The notes under the pieces were generated by a model. The model was not told the origin of the DNA. It worked only from the letters and a program-made list of their open reading frames with translations, and did no database searches. Of a DNA stretch of 58,745 nucleotides, positions 28,844 to 38,309 are shown piece after piece. The stretch is from a virus (lineage: Duplodnaviria > Heunggongvirae > Uroviricota > Caudoviricetes). Position 1 is the stretch's first letter; every line of letters begins with the position of its first letter. The DNA lies in the IMG/VR virus record IMGVR_UViG_2531839662_000025; one strand, written 5' to 3'. The position numbers and the translations under genes were made by a program.

Positions 28844-30964
28844 TTAATCTTCTGCCTCAGGCTGGAACATCAGCACGTAAAAAACATGCTGCTTCCCCCC
28901 AATTTTGCCGAGCGCCTTTTTCTTGTAACGGCGATCGTTACCCGCTTCCAGCATTCCGGCAGCACTCAACGCGCGGGCAAAGTGAGACGGATTAAATCCC
29001 TGTGCTATCTCACCCTCAAATACATGCGGGAACGTGTAAAAACGGAACTCGTCATCTTCGTTTCTGATACTCCCCTTTCTGTATCCGGCAAGCTCTTTAA
29101 TCGGTAAATCACGCTCGTCGGTGTTGGGCCACGGAAGGTATCTGCTGAATCCGAACGACGCTAAAAAAGCCTCTGCCTGTTCAACCATCTGTTTAAACTC
29201 CCTGTTACCCGTGCCGAACTCCTTCACCCAGGCATTAAAATTATGCTGAATGGCATCGCGGCACGCCTGAACATCCCAACCAGTAATATGGACGGAAAGC
29301 ACCAGCGCCGACTCCAGCATGGCGAATCGTTCCCCCACACGGTGAACCTGTTCGCCGTAACTCTCCGGTATCAGGTTGCGCCACCGTTCACGGCATGCCC
29401 TTACCGTATCCTTTGCCTCCTGCTGGTGGTCTGCCAGCCATTTAACCCATTCACGCCCCGCCGCCCCGTGATTTTCTGTCCAGGCATCCTTTAACGCGTC
29501 TGCGTGTGCCTTTCCGGTGCTGTATTCGTGAAACTGCGTGGCTTTTTCCATTGGCACGTTAAGCAGGCGGACAAGCTGCCCCGCCTTGACTTTTATCCCC
29601 TCCGTTTTGAGGAATGTCTCAACGTCCATTTCTCCGGTGCTGATTGCCACCGTGCGCCAGTGTTTGATCTCCCTGTTGCCGCCGTCCTTCGCCCCCTGTA
29701 ATTTCCCCGAACCGTTAAACAGCGTATAAGCCGACGTGGACACTTCCCGCGCGTTTCCGGCCTGACCTATTTCATCTAGGGGTAATAGCCCGTCATTGTG
29801 CGCCTCTGCCTCGTTGGCGATGCCTAACGCTGTACCGTACCAGGTCAGCCGTTGCGCGTCCGGCTCTCCCCATAAACTGGATGCGATGTTCTGTGTGGTG
29901 GTTTTCCCTGCCGATGACTGTTCGAAAAGATGTACCCCGAAGCCGTCAGCGCCCACCAGCCCGATTAATGGTGCAGATAACGATACCGCCACACCCAGCA
30001 TCATGGACGGATTACCACCAGCCAGCCGCGCAACGGTATCGCGCCAGCCCTCCGCCGTTCCTGCCACGGAATAACCATTAACAGCAGCCGTTTTTCCGGT
30101 AAACAGGACTGGCTTTTCGCAATCACCAATGACCGAACCGTCCGGCATGATGTACGCGCCAAAATGCCAGCCCGTTGTTGTGCTTAACTGCCATTCCTCA
30201 TGGTTTCCGCTTAACTGCATCCAGTCAGCCAGGATAGCCCTGTATTTGCCGTTGGTTGTCACGTTCAGGCCGTGGTCTTTCAGCAACCGCCAGCCGTCAC
30301 GGTCGCCAATGCCACCACATGGGATCGCCATTGTGATGACTTCATGGTTTGCTGGCTTTTTCCAGCGCATCACGCGGTAATGCTCTTTACCGATCGTCCC
30401 CGTTCCCAGTAGTTCAAGCGGAGAACATAACCACGTCTCAGGCCGGATAATTTCGCCTGACTGCTTGTCCACTTTTGGCGTTACCCAGAAAACACCATCG
30501 GCGCGGCTTTCAACGCGGGGCTTTAATTCATCATCGCCCTGGCTTTCTGTGATTTTTTTCTTTAAGGGCAACACCAGACTTTCCCCGCGCTCGTATTCGT
30601 CTTTCAGTCGGGCAAGCTGTGGTGTCCAGTCCTCCAGTAAATCGCCGTTCTCGTCACAAAAACAGGCTTCCTTAACACCAGCCACTGCCAGCAGGGTTTC
30701 AATCTGTAGCGCCAGTTTGTCATCCAGTTTTCCGGCACGTCTGACGATGGCGCGTGACCGACCATCATCCACAATACGCAGGTTTTCCAGATTACCCAGG
30801 TCACGCCGTCCGAGATAAACAGGTGGTATTTTGTCGCCGCGCTTTCTGGCTTCTCCGCCCTGCATGTAATGCTCTGCATGGCTGTATGCGTCATCCCCCG
30901 CAAAAATCACTGCATCCTCGCCTTTATCTTTCGGTAACAGTTTTACGTTCGGTGCCAGTTTCAT
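28844..30964 (-). CDS. primase/helicase (P4 alpha-like replication protein)
   Basis: 706-aa ORF with Walker-type NTPase region (SSAGKTT). Confidence 0.7.
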   Translation of the reverse strand: MKLAPNVKLLPKDKGEDAVIFAGDDAYSHAEHYMQGGEARKRGDKIPPVYLGRRDLGNLENLRIVDDGRSRAIVRRAGKLDDKLALQIETLLAVAGVKEACFCDENGDLLEDWTPQLARLKDEYERGESLVLPLKKKITESQGDDELKPRVESRADGVFWVTPKVDKQSGEIIRPETWLCSPLELLGTGTIGKEHYRVMRWKKPANHEVITMAIPCGGIGDRDGWRLLKDHGLNVTTNGKYRAILADWMQLSGNHEEWQLSTTTGWHFGAYIMPDGSVIGDCEKPVLFTGKTAAVNGYSVAGTAEGWRDTVARLAGGNPSMMLGVAVSLSAPLIGLVGADGFGVHLFEQSSAGKTTTQNIASSLWGEPDAQRLTWYGTALGIANEAEAHNDGLLPLDEIGQAGNAREVSTSAYTLFNGSGKLQGAKDGGNREIKHWRTVAISTGEMDVETFLKTEGIKVKAGQLVRLLNVPMEKATQFHEYSTGKAHADALKDAWTENHGAAGREWVKWLADHQQEAKDTVRACRERWRNLIPESYGEQVHRVGERFAMLESALVLSVHITGWDVQACRDAIQHNFNAWVKEFGTGNREFKQMVEQAEAFLASFGFSRYLPWPNTDERDLPIKELAGYRKGSIRNEDDEFRFYTFPHVFEGEIAQGFNPSHFARALSAAGMLEAGNDRRYKKKALGKIGGKQHVFYVLMFQPEAED

Positions 30965-31260
30965 TTTTTACCTCTGGATGCGCTGAGCATGCTTTTTATT
31001 TTCTTAATATTTTCCCGTGCTTTTTCCCTGCTGGTGGGCTTACCGCGTGTTGCGTTCTGTACCAGAGAAAAATCACGCCGGAACTGATAAACAGGCATCA
31101 CGCAGTCATAGCCGTACCCATCACGGCGGTAAGTAACACACCGTCCCGCCACGCTTTTAATCGTTACAGTGCCGCCGTATTTATCTTTGAAAATATCGCC
31201 GGGGCGGATTTCAGGCCGAGCGGGGCCGCTGGCAGTAAAGCCAGAATTTTTCTGTTTCAT
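30961..31260 (-). CDS. hypothetical protein
   Basis: 99-aa ORF overlapping primase start. Confidence 0.45.
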   Translation of the reverse strand: MKQKNSGFTASGPARPEIRPGDIFKDKYGGTVTIKSVAGRCVTYRRDGYGYDCVMPVYQFRRDFSLVQNATRGKPTSREKARENIKKIKSMLSASRGKK

Positions 31261-31265
31261 GGTTT

Positions 31266-31493
31266 TTATTCCGCGTTTATTTTTTTATCGTGAATTTCGA
31301 TCGCTTTATTTAATTCGACGATTACCGTATCGAGTAATGAAATAAACGCACCAGCAAGATTAGATTCACGTTCATCTTCCGGCGCATCACTTAAACCATC
31401 AAGCCAGATAAGCAATATTTGCCGCAAACATTCACTGTTAGTCAGTGCGTTTTCTGCATGGCTCATTGATTTTAAATAACTGTCATCATGCAT
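31266..31493 (-). CDS. hypothetical protein
   Basis: 75-aa acidic ORF. Confidence 0.4.
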   Translation of the reverse strand: MHDDSYLKSMSHAENALTNSECLRQILLIWLDGLSDAPEDERESNLAGAFISLLDTVIVELNKAIEIHDKKINAE

Positions 31494-31689
31494 GGCTCAC
31501 CCCCTGACGAATACGGGCGGCGAATACCATCACACAGCCATCAGGAGATTGCTGGCGTGCTTCCTGTTCGCTGGTGGCCTCGATGTGAATTACGCGCGGT
31601 TGTGCCGTACTCAGGGCGATAAAACGCCAGATATATTTATTCAGGTTGTGCGAGTCCCGCCCTTGCGGGTGTGTGGTATGATTTAACAT
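31486..31689 (-). CDS. hypothetical small protein (67 aa)
   Basis: C-terminal part of the 357-aa track ORF; begins MLNHTTHP just downstream of the divergent promoter region. Confidence 0.35.
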   Translation of the reverse strand: MLNHTTHPQGRDSHNLNKYIWRFIALSTAQPRVIHIEATSEQEARQQSPDGCVMVFAARIRQGVSHA

Positions 31690-31766
31690 AGCTACCTCGA
31701 TACTCTTGCTATCGTTGGTGGTTAGACGCCCTGCATGTGTTGCGAGCACTGCGGGGCGTTGCTTAA

Positions 31767-31867
31767 TTTGAGTGACAAAACTCAAACTGTGCGCACAGAT
31801 TAAAATCATGTGTGCGCACATGTCAATACTTAACATCTCATTTTTTTTGCTGTATTGTGTGCGCCCA
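31767..31867. promoter_or_regulatory. divergent regulatory region with palindromic operator-like sites (TGTGCGCACA)
   Basis: Perfect palindromes at 31788-31797 and 31808-31821, half-site at 31856-31867, inverted repeat at 31767-31786. Confidence 0.5.
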
Positions 31868-31894
31868 TAAAGTCCATTTAAGTGAGGTGCATCA

Positions 31895-32092
31895 ATGTCT
31901 AGCGGTAACACAAACAACAAATCAGCAAAGAAAAATATTCGATTCCCACATGAGCTTATAGATGGGATTGATGCCAGCGTTGAACAAGAAAAATTAACTA
32001 ATCCTAGTGCTAATTTTTCCGCATGGGTCTTAGATGCCTGTGGACGCAAATTAAAATATGAACAGCGCCGGAAGGCCAAAGAATCAGAATAA
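31895..32092 (+). CDS. small putative DNA-binding regulator of the satellite
   Basis: 65-aa ORF transcribed away from the operator-containing promoter region. Confidence 0.4.
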   Translation: MSSGNTNNKSAKKNIRFPHELIDGIDASVEQEKLTNPSANFSAWVLDACGRKLKYEQRRKAKESE

Positions 32093-32134
32093 TCACTATC
32101 AGCGCCGTGGTGTGAGTAACTACGGCGCATTGCT

Positions 32135-32323
32135 ATGCAGGACAACACAATGACCGATAAAGAATTGACCAAAACATTATCACCGACACGGAAAAGACGG
32201 CGCAGAAAGATAGAGCATGAATCAGAAAGATTCGCACCTTGTTCGTTTGCTCTTGAGAAATTCCTTAAAGAGCGCAGGAAAAAGCTCTCGTTGCAAACCC
32301 TGGAACGAACCAAATCTGACTGA
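32135..32323 (+). CDS. small basic hypothetical protein
   Basis: 62-aa ORF followed by a plus-strand terminator. Confidence 0.35.
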   Translation: MQDNTMTDKELTKTLSPTRKRRRRKIEHESERFAPCSFALEKFLKERRKKLSLQTLERTKSD

Positions 32324-32389
32324 TCACATTGCCCACCAGCCGCAAATGTGGCATTGTTGGTGATGCTTTTGTTTTCCCTTGTTCCCACT

Positions 32390-32419
32390 GGCGACCCTTT
32401 TGCGGTCGCCTTTGTTTTG
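32390..32419 (+). terminator. rho-independent terminator
   Basis: GGCGACC/GGTCGCC stem followed by a T-run. Confidence 0.55.
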
Positions 32420-32703
32420 CCTGTTATCCGGCAATAGTGGCGCTTCGTCACCTGTCTGATATAATTCCACAGCTTATATTCATTTTTTGCGCAGTAGGTT
32501 AATTGTTCGCAAGGGCGCTCCGGCAACGGGGCGCTTTTTGTTTTTACCCACCAGCACAATAAAAATCTTCATTTTCCATTTTTGTAAAATTTCATGCTTT
32601 CCGGACGACTGGTCATATGTCATTTTTTAGCAGAAGATTTTGCCTTGCTGGTGGGTAGCTTCCCGGTCAACACGATGTACCGTATAATCAACACCGCGTG
32701 TGG

Positions 32704-33282
32704 TTACTGAATACGCTCACCAAAGTAAAACTCAGGCTGGTATTCACGTATCAGCCTTTTTTCTTCTTCCTCCAGCTCACGCTTTTTGCGCTTACATGCC
32801 TGTAGCTCCCTCCCCTTCTCACTGGCACTTATCTGGTATTGCTCTTTGCGGCGGGAAAAATCCTGTAATGCGCCCCACGGGATACCATAAGCCCCCGTTT
32901 TTCTGATACCCGGTATCACATTTCTGAATACCCAGTTACTGAAACGATGAGCAAATGTGCCAGGCGTCGTTGCTTTGCGGCTGCGGGCTATTAGTTTGTA
33001 GAAACCTGACTCGGAGATAATGCTCATATTCTGATTTCCTCCGGGGGTGTAAGTTAAATTTACTCCCTTTTCGTCATCATCAAGCATCTGCAACGCCGTA
33101 CGCGAATTGGTCAGTTCCAGCGCAGCACAAACATCCTTTGCAACAAACCACGGATCGCCGTTTAGATACACCACACGAACATCCACGCCATCAAAGCGCA
33201 GAACGACCAGATCACGAATATCACAGAATTTTTTCACATGACGTGCGTCACCCTTGCCCGTCACGGCAATATTTTTATTCAT
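32704..33282 (-). CDS. Bro-N domain protein (antirepressor-like)
   Basis: 192-aa ORF with Bro-N-like N-terminal region. Confidence 0.55.
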   Translation of the reverse strand: MNKNIAVTGKGDARHVKKFCDIRDLVVLRFDGVDVRVVYLNGDPWFVAKDVCAALELTNSRTALQMLDDDEKGVNLTYTPGGNQNMSIISESGFYKLIARSRKATTPGTFAHRFSNWVFRNVIPGIRKTGAYGIPWGALQDFSRRKEQYQISASEKGRELQACKRKKRELEEEEKRLIREYQPEFYFGERIQ

Positions 33283-33301
33283 TGCTTTTTACCTCACATA
33301 C

Positions 33302-33328
33302 AAAAAACCCCGCATTGCGTGGTGCGGG
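33302..33328 (-). terminator. rho-independent terminator
   Basis: 7-bp GC-rich stem followed by U-run on minus strand, after the AlpA-like gene. Confidence 0.6.
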
Positions 33329-33339
33329 GTTGTCGGTAA

Positions 33340-33618
33340 TTACTTATTGGCGTTTTTGTATGGGCTGTTTACTTCCTTTACTCCTGGCGGATGCATAACC
33401 CACCAGAGCACATCAGAGAGCAACCAGGAAACAGACACTTTCCCTAAATGAGCACGAGCAGGAAATGCTCCCTCCTGTTCAAGTACCCAACGTCTGCTTC
33501 TTGAAAGCCCGGTACGATTGGCACACTCATGTTCGCGTATACGGCGATCATACGGTTCGCCATGATCTTTCAGAATCTGAATGCGTTCTTCGGGTGTAGG
33601 ATAAATAAATTTTTGCAT
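33340..33618 (-). CDS. AlpA-family regulator / excisionase-like
   Basis: Track ORF 33340-33648; likely start MQKFIYP at 33618; small HTH protein. Confidence 0.55.
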   Translation of the reverse strand: MQKFIYPTPEERIQILKDHGEPYDRRIREHECANRTGLSRSRRWVLEQEGAFPARAHLGKVSVSWLLSDVLWWVMHPPGVKEVNSPYKNANK

Positions 33619-33681
33619 AAAAATATCACCTATAAAAAAACCCGCCAAAAGACGGGTTGATTATATCTCATTTAATTTAGC

Positions 33682-33915
33682 TCAGGGTTTCCATTCACCT
33701 TTTACCCATTCCAGCACCTCAGATAAGCGCCAGACTTTTGTTTGTGGGCCAATACATATTTTTCGTGGAAATTTTCCTTCCTTTTCAAGTAACGATCTGT
33801 GTCTCCTGCCAAGAGCGGTTAACCATGCACATTCATCTTCCTTAATCATCCTGTCGATTGTTTCATCATTTTCAAGTTCTTCACGCGTAACTATTTGAAT
33901 CATTACTGTCACCAC
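33682..33915 (-). CDS. AlpA-family regulator / excisionase-like
   Basis: 77-aa HTH ORF next to integrase. Confidence 0.55.
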   Translation of the reverse strand: MVTVMIQIVTREELENDETIDRMIKEDECAWLTALGRRHRSLLEKEGKFPRKICIGPQTKVWRLSEVLEWVKGEWKP

Positions 33916-35104
33916 TAATTTGCTTATTCAGATAGTCGTACCACCAGTTCATAGCTTCTTTTTTTCTGTCCATATACTGGCTTCTGTTATAAACCCCGGC
34001 AACACCGCCTAATGTGTGCCCAAGCAACTGTTCAACCACATTATGTTCAAAACCATGATCACTTAGTTTTGTGGCAAACACTCTTCGCATATCATGCGCC
34101 GTCCATTTCTCCGAGTGTTTCATCCTTTTCCATGTCTTACCGATAGTTACGCTTGCCGTACACTGACGCATATCAAACCCAATCACATTTTCTTTGTTAC
34201 CTGTTATTTTTTTTAACGTAACTAACCAGTTAAACATGCCATCAGGAATCGGTCTGATTATTTCCCTGCCATTTTTGCTATGATCAGCGGGAACGCGCCA
34301 TAATTTCTTATCAAAATCCCACTCTACCCAGGACGACAGTAATACTTCTGACAGTCGACAACCAAAAACTACCAGGAAACGTAAAATAATTCGGTTTTCA
34401 TATGATAATTCGTGATTGTCATAATCAGTATTAATACTTCGCCATAAATCTCTGATTTCATCATCTGTTAAAACCCTGCTTCTTCGCGCAGACTTTTTTC
34501 CCACATCACAGACCTCAAGATCATCAATTTCATGACTAATCGCGTATTTTCTTACCCTACAAAATTTAAGCGCCTGTTTTGATATACGCAACAAAGCTCC
34601 GGCCTGTACAGGTGCTACTTTTTTTATTTTGTCAAAACACTTAATCCACATAGATATAGAGCAATCACTAAGTGGTACATGACCAATCACCGGATAAATA
34701 TGTTTACCAAAGCACTGCCTGATATGTTCTGCTCCCCTACGCTTATCCATTGCATAATTATCAAGCCAGTATTCAAGTGCCTCACGAACGGTAACAGGTT
34801 GCAAGGTGGCTTCCCGTTCAATTTTTATCTGAATCCGTGGATCTCTGCCCTCCGCAAGCCAGGTTCGACACTGATCGCGCATCTCTCTCGCTGATTTGAG
34901 ACTCAGATCAGGATATTTTCCAAGTGTCAGCCAGATGGGCGCGGTTCCCCTTCCCGCCAGTCTGTAAAAGAAAACAAAACTAACACATCCGTATTTACTG
35001 ACCCGTACCGAAAGCCCGTTACCATCAGCGATGGTTTCCTGCCTCTCACTCCTGCGTCCAAGCAGGGAACGAAGTTTTTTATCGCTCAGTTTGTTTAGCG
35101 CCAT
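33881..35104 (-). CDS. tyrosine integrase (P4-type)
   Basis: Track ORF 33881-35140; likely start MALNKLSDKKL at 35104; P4-type N-terminal arm-binding pattern and C-terminal catalytic region. Confidence 0.8.
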   Translation of the reverse strand: MALNKLSDKKLRSLLGRRSERQETIADGNGLSVRVSKYGCVSFVFFYRLAGRGTAPIWLTLGKYPDLSLKSAREMRDQCRTWLAEGRDPRIQIKIEREATLQPVTVREALEYWLDNYAMDKRRGAEHIRQCFGKHIYPVIGHVPLSDCSISMWIKCFDKIKKVAPVQAGALLRISKQALKFCRVRKYAISHEIDDLEVCDVGKKSARRSRVLTDDEIRDLWRSINTDYDNHELSYENRIILRFLVVFGCRLSEVLLSSWVEWDFDKKLWRVPADHSKNGREIIRPIPDGMFNWLVTLKKITGNKENVIGFDMRQCTASVTIGKTWKRMKHSEKWTAHDMRRVFATKLSDHGFEHNVVEQLLGHTLGGVAGVYNRSQYMDRKKEAMNWWYDYLNKQISGDSNDSNSYA

Positions 35105-35124
35105 GTGATTTATAACCCGTTTTT

Positions 35125-35145
35125 GCAATACACAGTGCAATACAC
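35125..35145. repeat. arm-type repeat GCAATACACAGTGCAATACAC
   Basis: Direct repeat of the motif at 20377-20397. Confidence 0.5.
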
Positions 35146-35275
35146 AAATGATGAAAACAGCCAGAACCTTCCAGAAAAAACAAAAACGACGAACAAGAAA
35201 AAATCTTTTTCTTTCATTTGGTTACTAAAAAAATCAGGACAGGTCGCACTGTTGTTACGGCGTGATGTTACTTTC

Positions 35276-35290
35276 TTGGTAAAAAAATTC
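35276..35290. repeat. putative att core (right junction of satellite)
   Basis: TTGGTAAAAAAATTC at the point where the host terL reading frame is lost. Confidence 0.5.
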
Positions 35291-36303
35291 ACCCGCGCAG
35301 AGACCTGCTCCTTCGCTTTTTTCGCCAGACGACGCAGATCATCCCAGCGTTTACAGATGCCCAGGCCAGGATTCGCTTTCTGCCAGACCGTTTCATCAAA
35401 CGGATCATCTCCCTCATCGAGCGTGTAAATGATCGCAAAGTAGGAGTCGTCTTTTACCGCGCCCTCCACGTCGCTGTTATAGCCTCGCAATACCTTAATG
35501 GCGTAATCGCGCTGCTCGTAGCAAATCCCTTCCTTGTTAAAGCCAGCCGTGGTGATGCCAAATAACAGAGACTGCAGACGGGCACCGGTTGCCGTTTCCA
35601 GAACGTCCCACACGTCACGGGTTTTATGAGCATGCAGCTCATCAATAATGGCGCAGTGGATGTTCAGACCGTCCAGGTTGTTTGCATCCGAGGAAAGCGG
35701 TTCAAATTTTGATGCGCTCTGCTCCTGGTAAATCGCCAGCTTGTTGAAATCAAACAACCGCCCGAGTGTCGACCGGGCTTTTCTGACCATATTTTTGGCG
35801 TCTTCAAACACAATTCTGGCCTGGTCACGCGTGGTTGCGGCTGAATACACCTCAGCACCGCCTTCACCATCTGCCCCCGTCATATACAGGCCGATACCCG
35901 ATGACAGGGTTGATTTTGCGTTTTTACGGGCGACTTCGTTGTACGCCGTCCGGAACCGGCGCACCATCACCGGACGTCCGCTGCCATCGCTGCGTATGAC
36001 AACTTCCCCGGTCTCTTCATTGACCAGCGGAATGACAAAACCAAAAATATTAATGAGGATAAATACATGCCAGTCCATCAGTTCAATGGGCTGGCCTGCC
36101 AGCGCCCCTTTTACATGGGGCACAAATTTGTAGAAATTCAGGATGTGCTGCGCACGGGGTTCACTGAAATAAATCCCCCGCTCTTCGCCGTACTTCAGAT
36201 CATCAAGAAAACGCTGGCAGGCCAGACGGACAAATTCGCCAGCGACAATTTCTCCTGCAACAACACGTTCGGCGTAGCGGATCCCGTCAGCCACTTTTGC
36301 CAT
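35283..36303 (-). pseudogene. terminase large subunit, N-terminal (ATPase) fragment of the host prophage
   Basis: Track ORF 35110-36303: first ~345 aa are TerL-like, then the frame runs into satellite sequence and becomes low-complexity. Confidence 0.8.
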
Positions 36304-36785
36304 CAGTCTCTCGCTTTTAAAAGTTCCGCCAGCGGATCAACATCATCCGGTCCGGCGGTATTTACTTTCGCCCGGCTTGCCGGTGACATACCAAACTCTG
36401 CAAGCATCGCCCGGATCCGCTTCCAGGCATCCGCTTTCATCGCAGCAGCCGGGTGTGCCTTAATCAGCACATCACCGTTCTGCGTTTCCGTACGGTAGGT
36501 ATAACCCTCTGCATCAAGTGTTTCGCAGTGATGCCGGTATTCGGTGTAGGCTTCCACCAGTAACTCGAGTGCACGCGCATCAAGCTGAGAAATGATCCCT
36601 TCCGCATTCAGTTCTTCCGCCATTCGCCTGAACCAGTACTTCCCCTGCGACCCTAAATGCTGCGGAATTTTAGGGAGACCTTTTTCATCCTTTTTAGCGG
36701 TTTTTTTTGGGTCTTTAACGGGGCGCTTTGAGGGGTTGCCTCGTATCAAATGCAGGCGTGGCGGGGTTTTCGGGGGTCCTGACAT
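36303..36785 (-). CDS. terminase small subunit (host prophage)
   Basis: 160-aa basic ORF immediately upstream of terL. Confidence 0.65.
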   Translation of the reverse strand: MSGPPKTPPRLHLIRGNPSKRPVKDPKKTAKKDEKGLPKIPQHLGSQGKYWFRRMAEELNAEGIISQLDARALELLVEAYTEYRHHCETLDAEGYTYRTETQNGDVLIKAHPAAAMKADAWKRIRAMLAEFGMSPASRAKVNTAGPDDVDPLAELLKARD

Positions 36786-36931
36786 AATCGGTTTTACCTA
36801 TCAATCGTTTGATCGCATTCCCAAAAAAAGTTTTCGAACCTGCGGCGATGCGAAGAAGGGTTGGCGGGCGGTCCCGGACAGCCAGGGTTGCAGGGATTTG
36901 ACCCGCCCCTCCCCACAAGTGAGAATAATTA

Positions 36932-37357
36932 TCACCTGATTCGTTCGCGCGCTGTTTTCGCTTTGTGGCAGGGCCAGCACAGACTCTGCAGGTTGCTGTC
37001 TGCGTCTGTTCCGCCATGCGCTTTCGGGATGATGTGGTCGACGGTTTTCGCCTCGCTCACCACACCGATACGCAGACACAACTGACACAGACCTTTATCG
37101 CGCTTCAGAATACGGGCACGAATCACCGTCCATTTTGAGCCATAGCCACGCTGGTGGCGGCTCAGTCCGCGCTGGTGCTGCACCCAGCCTTCACCGCGAT
37201 GCTTATCGCAGTAACCCGAACTGTCTGTTGTTGTGCCTGCACATCCACGCTTACGACAGGCGCGGGGTATTCGTGATGGCATTGGAATCTCCTTAATACC
37301 GGCATTATCGCAGCCCCTCACTGAAGGGCTGCTGTAATGCCTGTTACTCAGTAACAA
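36932..37357 (-). CDS. HNH endonuclease (packaging-associated)
   Basis: 141-aa ORF with Cys and His motifs upstream of TerS. Confidence 0.75.
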   Translation of the reverse strand: MLLSNRHYSSPSVRGCDNAGIKEIPMPSRIPRACRKRGCAGTTTDSSGYCDKHRGEGWVQHQRGLSRHQRGYGSKWTVIRARILKRDKGLCQLCLRIGVVSEAKTVDHIIPKAHGGTDADSNLQSLCWPCHKAKTARERIR

Positions 37358-37643
37358 CTGCGCCTTCCGGTAATTTCATACCGGCAAATACCGGACAGCC
37401 CGGATGGCGATCATCTTCTGTTGCTTCCAGCATTGACTCACCAAACCACTCCGTTGTGGCACGACCATCAGCAGCTTTGTAGTGGAGCAAGTACTGGTTT
37501 TCGCCATCTGCATACTGAGCGCGAGCTTTAACCTCACCCCATTCATCACTGATGCGTACTTCCACCAGTTGTGACAGTTCAAACTTAAACGGTGCAGCAT
37601 CAGCACCAATTACAATCGGTTTGTTTTCTGTTGTTTCCATCAT
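37344..37643 (-). CDS. hypothetical protein
   Basis: Track ORF 37344-37706; likely start MMETTENKP at 37643. Confidence 0.4.
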   Translation of the reverse strand: MMETTENKPIVIGADAAPFKFELSQLVEVRISDEWGEVKARAQYADGENQYLLHYKAADGRATTEWFGESMLEATEDDRHPGCPVFAGMKLPEGAVVTE

Positions 37644-37728
37644 CGTCTCCTGATATCTAATCCCGCCGCCGCACCGGGCGGTGGCGCACCCTTCATTTTT
37701 CAGCAAAATATTCTGCTCTTACAGACGA

Positions 37729-37911
37729 TCAGTTCTGCACACACCGTCGAACGCCATCAATAAGCTGACAGACCTGAGACGCGGTATCGAAAAGCTGGCG
37801 CGCCTTATCCAGGCTGACGCATCCCGCCAATAAAAAAGGCACCAGTATCGCTACCAGTGCCCATTTCGCCGCCACTCGCGGTATTCTGTGTGTCCAGTGT
37901 TTTCTGCTCAT
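37729..37911 (-). CDS. lysis-associated lipoprotein (Rz1/o-spanin-like)
   Basis: Track ORF 37729-37983; likely start at 37911; signal peptide with lipobox LLAGC; sits after the endolysin. Confidence 0.4.
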   Translation of the reverse strand: MSRKHWTHRIPRVAAKWALVAILVPFLLAGCVSLDKARQLFDTASQVCQLIDGVRRCVQN

Positions 37912-37925
37912 AACACACCTGGTTA

Positions 37926-38309
37926 TCAGCGTTTCAACTGAAAGTGAGGTCCGTCTTTCAGTGTTTTCCAGTCCCCGCCCCATTCGATGGCAGTTCCCAG
38001 CTCTGCGGCAGCCTGCTTAAATGCCTGCGCGATTTTCTCGTACAGAGGCCAGTCCCATGACACCTGGCTGTCAACCCAGGCAACAACATCCACCGCATCA
38101 CCGGTCAGGTGGCGGCTGTTCATGGTCTGGCTTTTCCCTTCCGCGACCAGCTGTTTCTGGCGTTCTTTCGTGCGCAGCCCTTCCGTAATACCGAAATCAA
38201 CCTCCGTCAGCTCCAGCGCACGGCGAACGACAGCAACCAGCTGTGGTTTGACACCCTCCAGATTTTTTTCACTGCGACGGCTGAATCTGAATTTACCCGA
38301 CATATTCAC
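37926..38309 (-). CDS. endolysin, peptidase M15-like
   Basis: 127-aa ORF after holin-like genes with a peptidase-like His/Asp pattern. Confidence 0.6.
   Translation of the reverse strand: MNMSGKFRFSRRSEKNLEGVKPQLVAVVRRALELTEVDFGITEGLRTKERQKQLVAEGKSQTMNSRHLTGDAVDVVAWVDSQVSWDWPLYEKIAQAFKQAAAELGTAIEWGGDWKTLKDGPHFQLKR

Larger units (their letters stand above)
20294..35290. mobile_element. integrated phage satellite, capsid-forming PICI-like (~15 kb)
   Basis: P4-type integrase at one end, AlpA-like regulators, primase, iterons, own MCP/protease/portal/connector/HNH/TerS/TerL, no tail genes; bounded by imperfect core repeats and splits the host terL. Confidence 0.75.

Noticed and set aside
31486-32559. 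357-aa minus-strand ORF spanning the satellite control region
   Set aside because: It runs across the divergent promoter/operator region and two plus-strand small ORFs, is AT-rich and low-complexity; only its last ~67 codons (31486-31689) look like a gene.
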